Shown here: piece by piece, positions 44,871 through 64,000 of the stretch
Layout: the number at the start of each line of letters is the position of its first letter
How positions within the stretch are numbered: position 1 is the first letter of the stretch
NCBI GenBank assembly: GCA_964035545.1
Contig: OZ037768.1
Location: 16,661,875 to 16,725,874, forward strand
Direction of reading: 5' to 3'
Length of the DNA: 64,000 nucleotides
Origin: Bugula neritina
Lineage: Eukaryota > Animalia > Bryozoa
Notes under the pieces: generated by a model
The model's input: the letters and a program-made list of their open reading frames with translations, nothing else
What the model was told of the DNA's origin: nothing
Database searches by the model: none
Made by a program: the position numbers and the translations under genes

Positions 44871-46620
44871 ATATTAATATAATTATTATTATAATTATCT
44901 ATTAGTATTACTGTATTAGTATTACTATTAGTATTACTATTACTATTAGTATTACTATTAGTAATACTGTATTACTATTAGTATTAGTATTAGTATTACT
45001 ATTAGTATTATGATATTAATAATAATAATAATAATAAAATTAAATAAATATAATTGTAAATTAATAAATTTAATATAAAATTGAATAAACTTGAAGTTGA
45101 AGTAAACTAAGACTTTAGATAAGAAACAAATAATAAATTATTATAAACTTAAAGCATAACTATTAGTATTAGTGACTATTACTATAACTATAAGTATAAC
45201 TATAACTTATAGTATAAGTATTAGTATAAGCATAACTGTATAATTATAACACTAATACTATAAGTATAAGTTTTATCATATTAATAATAGTAATAGTAAT
45301 ACTAATGATAATATTAAATTTAATATAATTTATACTTATAAGTTATTATTAATTATTATCCTTATACTTAACTTATAGCTATAGTCTTTTATTTTTAGTT
45401 TTACTATTAGTATTAGTATTGCAGTAAATCATAATGTTATACTAATACTAATAGTAATAGTAATACTCATACTGGGTCTAACAGTAACATAATACTCATA
45501 GTCATAGTGATCATATTGATATTGGTTATCATAGTATTTAAATAATATTTTAATTTTATGCTTACAGTATAACTTATAGTTATAGACCATATTCATATTG
45601 ATCTTCAATTTTACATTCATGTTGAATTTAATAATGATACTGATACTGATAGTCAATGTCATGGAGATAGTCGTACTCAATAATTTATACATTACCATTA
45701 ATTTTAAAATCATAAATACAACATTAAGTCTTATAACTTATAACTTTACTAATAGTAATACTTACGTTACTTGTAGAGTTTTACTTGTGATTAATTTTAT
45801 TTATAAAATTAGACTTTATTATTATATTTTAGCTTATGAAATGAAATACAATGATAATCAAGATTTTTACTTATAGTAATGCTAATAGTTATACTAATAT
45901 TTATATTCATACTGTTCATAGTGTTGTAGTTGACTTTTATACACATGTTTTACAGTGAATCACTAATTCAAAATGGCTGATACTTATACTAAAGTGACTA
46001 TAACTATCACTATGTCATACTGATACTGTGTGATGTGTATAGATTCCCATTATAGTTACAGCTATACTTATACTGTTATAGACTATAATTGTAAATTTCA
46101 TGTCTATAGAATAGTAACTAGTAACTATAGTGTTATTCTATCCACAAGACTCAGTATAACTTCTAGACTATTGTTAACATTAGATGCATAGTTATACTTA
46201 TAAGTTATGGCTATTACTATAAGTATAACTTATTAACTACTGTAGAGTATAGTCTATAAGTTATACACCACTGTATACTTATTGCAAGTCTATTACTACT
46301 AGACTTGGTAAAACTAAAAGCAACTGTAATAGTTATTCTTGCATAAAATAAAATTGTTGAATGAATAAATTATAATTTAAAATTTATCACACTGGTACTG
46401 ATATACAGAGTCAGTTTTATGGGTCATAATCGCAGGTGATACTCATAGTCATACTGTTTAAGGGCTATGGCCATCCTATTCCTATGACTAATATTATTGT
46501 AATACCACTACTAGTGGTAGTAAGTTAGATTATTAGTATCATTAATTAGTTATAGTAATACTGACTTTTAGTTATACAGTAGGACTACGGGTACTATTAT
46601 TGTCTTAACTTTAGCTAATA
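44870..46620. repeat. Compound (TAT/TAG/TAC/TAA/TATAAG)n low-complexity tract
   Basis: Directly visible, extremely AT-rich, period 3/6. Confidence 0.9.
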
Positions 46621-49600
46621 TTGTAGTATTCAATTTACTTTTACTTTTAGTGATTTACTACTATCATTGTTGTATCTTCTATACCCTTGCTTGAAATCTA
46701 TGTTCTAAAAAGTCTCACCCTGCTATATTATAAAATTAATTTTTTTCATCCACACATTTTTATATTATATGTACTATTTAACAAACCTTGTTTTGTTTTA
46801 ATATAAAGCTCTACAAATGTAAAATGCCTTTAGGAAGGTAAATTGATTATTTCAAATACTGTGCTTATTGTTTAAATTCAAGACTTAAGTTAATAATACC
46901 TTAATATTATTATGAATAATATATAACTAGGGTAGTATCAATACACATTGATATATTTCGATACAAATGTACTAGGCAGATTACTCTGGCCAGTTTGACT
47001 TTGTTACATAATAATTGAATTCCACCATGACTATCAAGGAAAAATATAATTATATTCACTAACCAATATTTACTTTTAGTTCTAGTCTAAGAATAAGTAG
47101 TATTATAGTTATAAATAATGAAATATATGCCATAATAAAATACTGGCACTTGTAACACCAATTGTAAAAAATTACCGCATTGACCTAGTTTTTATCTAAG
47201 TGAGTGATTCATGGTGTTAGTCACAATTGCACAAGCATTCACTGCATTTATCCATAGTCTTTTACACAAATTCTTTAGGCAGTAAAAGTAAACAGGCTTT
47301 GTATTTTAATAGACAAATAACTTCCAGGCTTAATGGACCTACTCTGTGAATAATTATTGTATTTTTTGGCATAATTTATTTTTACTCTGCATATAATTAA
47401 AATGATGATTTGATTATTTTGCTTGTTGAATAAAAAGAGCACTCTACAGTGGACATAAAAGACTATTAATTCGGCAACTATGCTTAGCTTTTTAGTATTA
47501 CTCTTGGTATAGTAACACATTACTAAAATTCTCTTAAAACTTGGCGACTTTGCTCTTATCAACTATCAAGTAATATTTAATTGTAAAATTTTCTGCAATT
47601 TTACATGATGAAGATATATAGGAATTTAATTTTCTACAAGTTGACTATTTTTAAAAGGTAACTCTGTTGCTAGCATATTATCAGATATCACATCTCTCTT
47701 ACCAATATACTTGTATAAAAGTACTCTGGCAAGTGAAGGGAATTTTTTTAATTTAGTATAATTGTTAATAATAATAAGATATAGAAAATGGTTATACACA
47801 TCAAAAAGATTAAATTTCAAGCACTTTAAATAATTCTCCTAGTAAAACATCTTGTAATGTTTATTAGCTTAGAAATTAGTATTTACTTGTTTTTATTATT
47901 TGTAACATCGGTAAATTATGGTTCCAAGGGCTGCATTAATGTAAAGTATCTGGTTAGACTTGTAAATTAAATTTTAGTTGTGACAAAGCATGGGAAATTT
48001 GCCAACATTTTTACAGTTTTCACAAAAGCTCTTAAATAACCCTAGTAGCTTTAAAAGTGAAAGAATATGGTAGCTGTGGTAGGTGAGTTTTACTCAAAGT
48101 TTTGCTGCTAAACACTAGTAATGAATGTGCTTAATGAGATGTGTTTCTGGTGCACAGAATGATGTTATGTGCTTAGCAGGTTATGCTAAAATTCTACAGA
48201 TAAATAATTTAAAAAAGAACTTTACTAGTGTATGTCAGAGCCTCAAGTGGTGAGTTGTGGGCTGCTAGTCCATAGTTTCAAGGACTTGATGTGATACAGA
48301 AGCAATCTTGGCATCACATTGTAGTAGCTAATAGTTTATTCTTTAAGTATAAATATTTAATTTAAGTTAATCATGTATAGGATTAGAATGACTTTTACCT
48401 CGACATCTGTTATAATATGCCCTAAATAAGTGAACTGACCTACTTGATGTATTACAGTAAGAAGGAGGGGGGGCAATATACTGCCTTGAAGCCCGTCTAA
48501 CTCTCATTTTCTATTTAATATTGTTTTGTAGGATTTATGCTTCTTGTAAGTGTTTTTAATCGTGATAGTCTTGTATTTGCAGATTATATAAACCTGCTTA
48601 AGACATAGAAAGTTACATACGAAATAATAAAATTATTTCTTCAAGTTACCGATGGTTAATTTTGCAACAGAAATGGGAACTTCCCTTTTACTATAAAATG
48701 AAACATAGTAAGGTTGTTTGAAGGTTGTTAACCACCATATAAAAATAAATACTAAACTGCTCATTGTTGGTTGGGAAGCAGATCTGGCTTAGGTGCCAAT
48801 TAACATGAACCGTTTTTTTAGTTAGATTTTGATATTAATTATTTTTGCTAAAAAAGAAGCCTTTTGGACCAGGCAACTTGGCGTGAATCAACTCCTACAT
48901 TTTCTGTGCATTATTTTCTGTGTCTTGATTTATTTTGTGTTTTCTGGAATATTTTAGATAGATAGTTTGAGTACCAGAAGAGCATATTGGATCATCAAGT
49001 TTGAGTTGTTACAAGGGGCCATAGATGTGAATATCATTTAGCCAAGACCTCCACTATATTGTAAATTCTGGTATGTCTGCTTCACCAGCCATCATTATCC
49101 GTCTCTCATGACAATATAGTGTTATGACAGGGATGTATTGATTTGGATTCACACAGCAGTTTTATGGCACCGCGTGGGCTGACATTGACATTCAGCTATA
49201 CTTATTAATTTCTAGCATATGCTTGTCTTAGTCAGTATCAACTTATTCTTAACCTCTAGCATGTAACTTGTGTTGTGCAAGTCACAGTTACCTTGTGTGC
49301 AAGGAGAAATCAATTTTACATGATATGAGTAAGTTGTAATATAAAAAATATTATAGCTGCTCAGTCAACAAATGGCATAGCCTTTAAATTAAACTATTTC
49401 ATGCTGATAGTCCGTACCTGCTTGCAGCTGACACCAGGTCTACCTAATATATCTGCTCAAGTTGACAGGAATTCACTTTGTGTTAAACTATATGCTTGCT
49501 GGGCTATTTGCAAACATTACCATTTACTATTGATTAACTGCCTTCTACAACTTCGCATGCTATAAATAATTTTCATCAATACTACATTGTTAGTAGTTTT

Positions 49601-50550
49601 ATGCCGATCGTAGACTTGCGCAGTGTGTGACGTTACGTGCAGTTGACCTATATTGCCATGTATATTCCTCAATGACATCCACCTGTTATTGATAATACCA
49701 AGTCAGATTCTGGAGGGAGGGTGGTGATAGAGGTTAACCAATCACTTGTCAATAATTAGGGGAGGGGTTAGTGGATATAAATAATATCACCTATAAATGT
49801 TCGAGTTTTGAGAGAAATTCTAGCATTCAAACTGTTATTCTGTATACCGTACTGATAGGATGTCACAATATTCCAAAAGTTGAGAAGCTCAATATATCGC
49901 TACTTATCCATTTCATAAACTCTAAAGTATTGTTGTTTTTTTTTATATAAAATTTTATGCATAAACTATAAACCTTAATAGATATACAGCTACCATTCTA
50001 TTTTTCTATAGATAATTTAGCAGAAGGTTGCAAGGCATTGTCAGTTGGTAACAGGGAAATATTCTGCTGAGATGCAGAACTTTCACTTGTACTGCCTTAT
50101 GTCTATATGTTGAAGTATTTTACTGCACTAACAGTTTTGTACTTCTGTTTCAGCTAATTAGGATTTTAGCTATTAGGGCTTTCAGCTGAATATCTAAAAC
50201 GTATGACTTCAGATTAATTGGAACCAGATATTAGTGTACGATTAGGAGGCTGACTATTGACCAATCAGAGCTAAATTTTTATTTAATTCCGTAGAAATAT
50301 GTGTTTTGAAGGCTCCTAGCCCAAAATGTCTAATTGATATCAGCCTTGATGACAAGATATGAAAGTCGCCCGATGTAATGGATTATAAAACCAACTCAAC
50401 ACTAGTTCATGGATTAACAATGTCATTGTCCCGCTATAATATAGATTATTGCACATCATAGGAAGTATTTTCTTTTCACATATTGAAGCCATGATGGATC
50501 ATGCTTGTAGCTGCTTTTCTGTATCTATTTCATGAAGGTGTGCCGGGGTA

Positions 50551-62154
<11,604 letters not shown>

Positions 62155-62300
62155 GTAAGTTCCACATGCAGCCTGTGCAGGACTACTCCTGTGTCCTTCA
62201 AACTTAGTCATGCGTTTTACTGCTAGGGCTAACGGAGGCTGTAACCTTTGTATAGGTCATAGTCTCATTTTTACTGCACTTCATTTTCTTACATTTCTTA

Positions 62301-62416
62301 GCGTAGGGCCACGCAATGCGTGAGTTGCGAGTGCGGAAATGTATTAGCTAATGATCTTGGAGTTCAACTTTACTGCTCGCCTACAGACGAGTAAATCGTG
62401 TCGTGTAGCTCTACGC
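62301..62416. mobile_element. 116-bp PIF/Harbinger (Tourist-like) MITE
   Basis: Imperfect TIRs (GCGTAGGGCCACGC ... CGTGTAGCTCTACGC), a TTA direct repeat on both sides, and CpG-rich relative to flanks. Confidence 0.65.
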
Positions 62417-64000
62417 TTATAGCTTTATTGCAGTTTTGTGACTACTATTATTACAAGTCTGGGCTTTTCGTTCTGTTACTAAGACTTTATCAATTGCTGT
62501 TCACCTAATATTACCTGCTGTTCACCTGATATTACCTGCTACTCTTCCATTTTTCTAATGTAAGCCTCACATGGTACAAAATATGTTGTATACAGCTAAT
62601 ACGTTGCAGTGTAATCTGATTATTTCAAGAAATCATTATTTTGATTCAGGCATTGATATAGATGCGAAGATTTCTGGTAAATATAGATTGTTTGATCCTA
62701 GTTTCTCTGCCTATAGATAAAGAGATAGGTAGATACCATACCAAGTTGTTAGTACCCCAAACCCTCCATTCTTACATCATTGTTCATATTAGAACAAATT
62801 AAAAATCATTCAGTAGTTTTGGGATAGTGCAATAGATGAGAAAGTAGCCATTTCATTGTCCATATGATATTGGTTTAATCATGGCGATGTGAGTGACATT
62901 GGAAAACATATTAGTATAAGTATGATGGGAAAATGACAATTCTCATAGAGCTTGTTCCTGGTGAGACCTGGGTTACCCAACCCCTACCACCGTTATCTAT
63001 TCTAATTATGTGTCCTAACAATGTGTATTCACCATTCGAATTGCATCATGTAGACTGAAAAGGGATTTTGAGACTTTATGCCAGGCCTCTGTTTGCAAAG
63101 ATATTTATGACAAAGAGACCAATGCTTGTAGATATAATCAGATTTATAATTGCTTTAACATGGTGCTTGCGCATCACTCTTCTCATGGCCAGTTTTTATA
63201 AAGCTGGTATGATTATCTCTGTGTGTTCTGGTTATACTATAAACACTTAAGTCTGTACCAACCTTTAGGAAGAGGAGCTTTGGTGATCTCTATCTAGCAT
63301 GTCGTTAGCCAATGAAACGCTAGCTGGAAGATGTACCATCTAGACAGTTCAGGGACACACAGCTAGCATATTATGATAAATATTTACATCCACTCACCCT
63401 CCTTTAGCTTAGCCTCCTCTTCTGACTCATCTAGTTATCTATGGAGGTTGGGTTTATGAGACAGTCTCAATTTGTATGTAGTTGTATATTCATAGATCTT
63501 TCCCTGGAATCCACTAGACAACATAATAACTAGTAGTTTGTAGGTTTGTTTGTCATGTCAAAGAAACTTGTGTTGTGGCTGGTTCCCAATTAGCCAGTAG
63601 TTCGGAGAAGTTTATTTATTCAAAGCATTAAAATATTTTTGCTGCCACAGCCTGTAAAACATAAGTCTATGAAGCCTTGAACTTTCTGCAGCAGCTGCTC
63701 ATGTAAGATAGAGAGTGGGGAGTTGTGTACTTCCTGTGTTAAGAACTGCAGGCTAATTTGGAAATCAGTCTCTGGTAATTGTAGACTGATTTCCAATTAT
63801 GGTAATTTTGATAGAGAATCATACACTGCAAGCAAATGCAAGTGTGGCCGAAGTATGCATATGAGATATTAAAGCAGGTGTCCTAACTAAAGACAGACAA
63901 CTTGCTTCACTTTTCCAGATATTAGTTTCTACCTGACAGAAACTGTTTACCTACTATACACCATCAATAGCATCGATGCTAACTATTATATGATTAGCTG

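Noticed and set aside
48532-48545. 14-nt AG/GTAAGT-flanked microexon containing an ATG upstream of PMCA
   Set aside because: Not in frame with the PMCA ORF if spliced to 50538. It could be a 5' UTR exon but is unsupported without RNA data.

Overview
AT-rich, intron-containing animal genomic DNA (an invertebrate; a lophotrochozoan such as a bryozoan is only my guess from composition and gene style). Manual splicing gives seven protein-coding genes. (1) The 3' end of an unidentified gene with a ~2-kb disordered last exon (+). (2) A PTB/PID-domain, proline-rich protein (+, 9 coding exons, ~739 aa). (3) ZC3H15 (-, 9 exons, ~431 aa). (4) RAD54L (-, 18 coding exons, ~737 aa). (5) A strongly diverged LDB/Chip LIM-domain-binding gene (+, 9-10 exons). 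(6) PRELID1 (-, 3 coding exons, ~227 aa). (7) The 5' part of a plasma-membrane Ca2+-ATPase, PMCA/ATP2B (+, runs off the window). Non-coding content includes four copies of a ~210-bp tRNA-derived SINE, three MITEs, a 411-bp foldback, a decayed pogo-like transposase, several minisatellites next to splice sites, and kb-scale degenerate trinucleotide tracts that bracket candidate promoter islands. I found no prokaryotic-type system (CRISPR, operon, defence locus). The best leads are an LDB protein that keeps its dimerisation and LIM-interaction domains but has an eroded SSDP-binding LCCD, plus a 20-bp RNA duplex over its cassette exon; a PMCA site-A microexon cluster with competing RNA stems; and the repeat-bracketed promoter architecture. 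All exon models were derived by eye and need RNA-seq confirmation.
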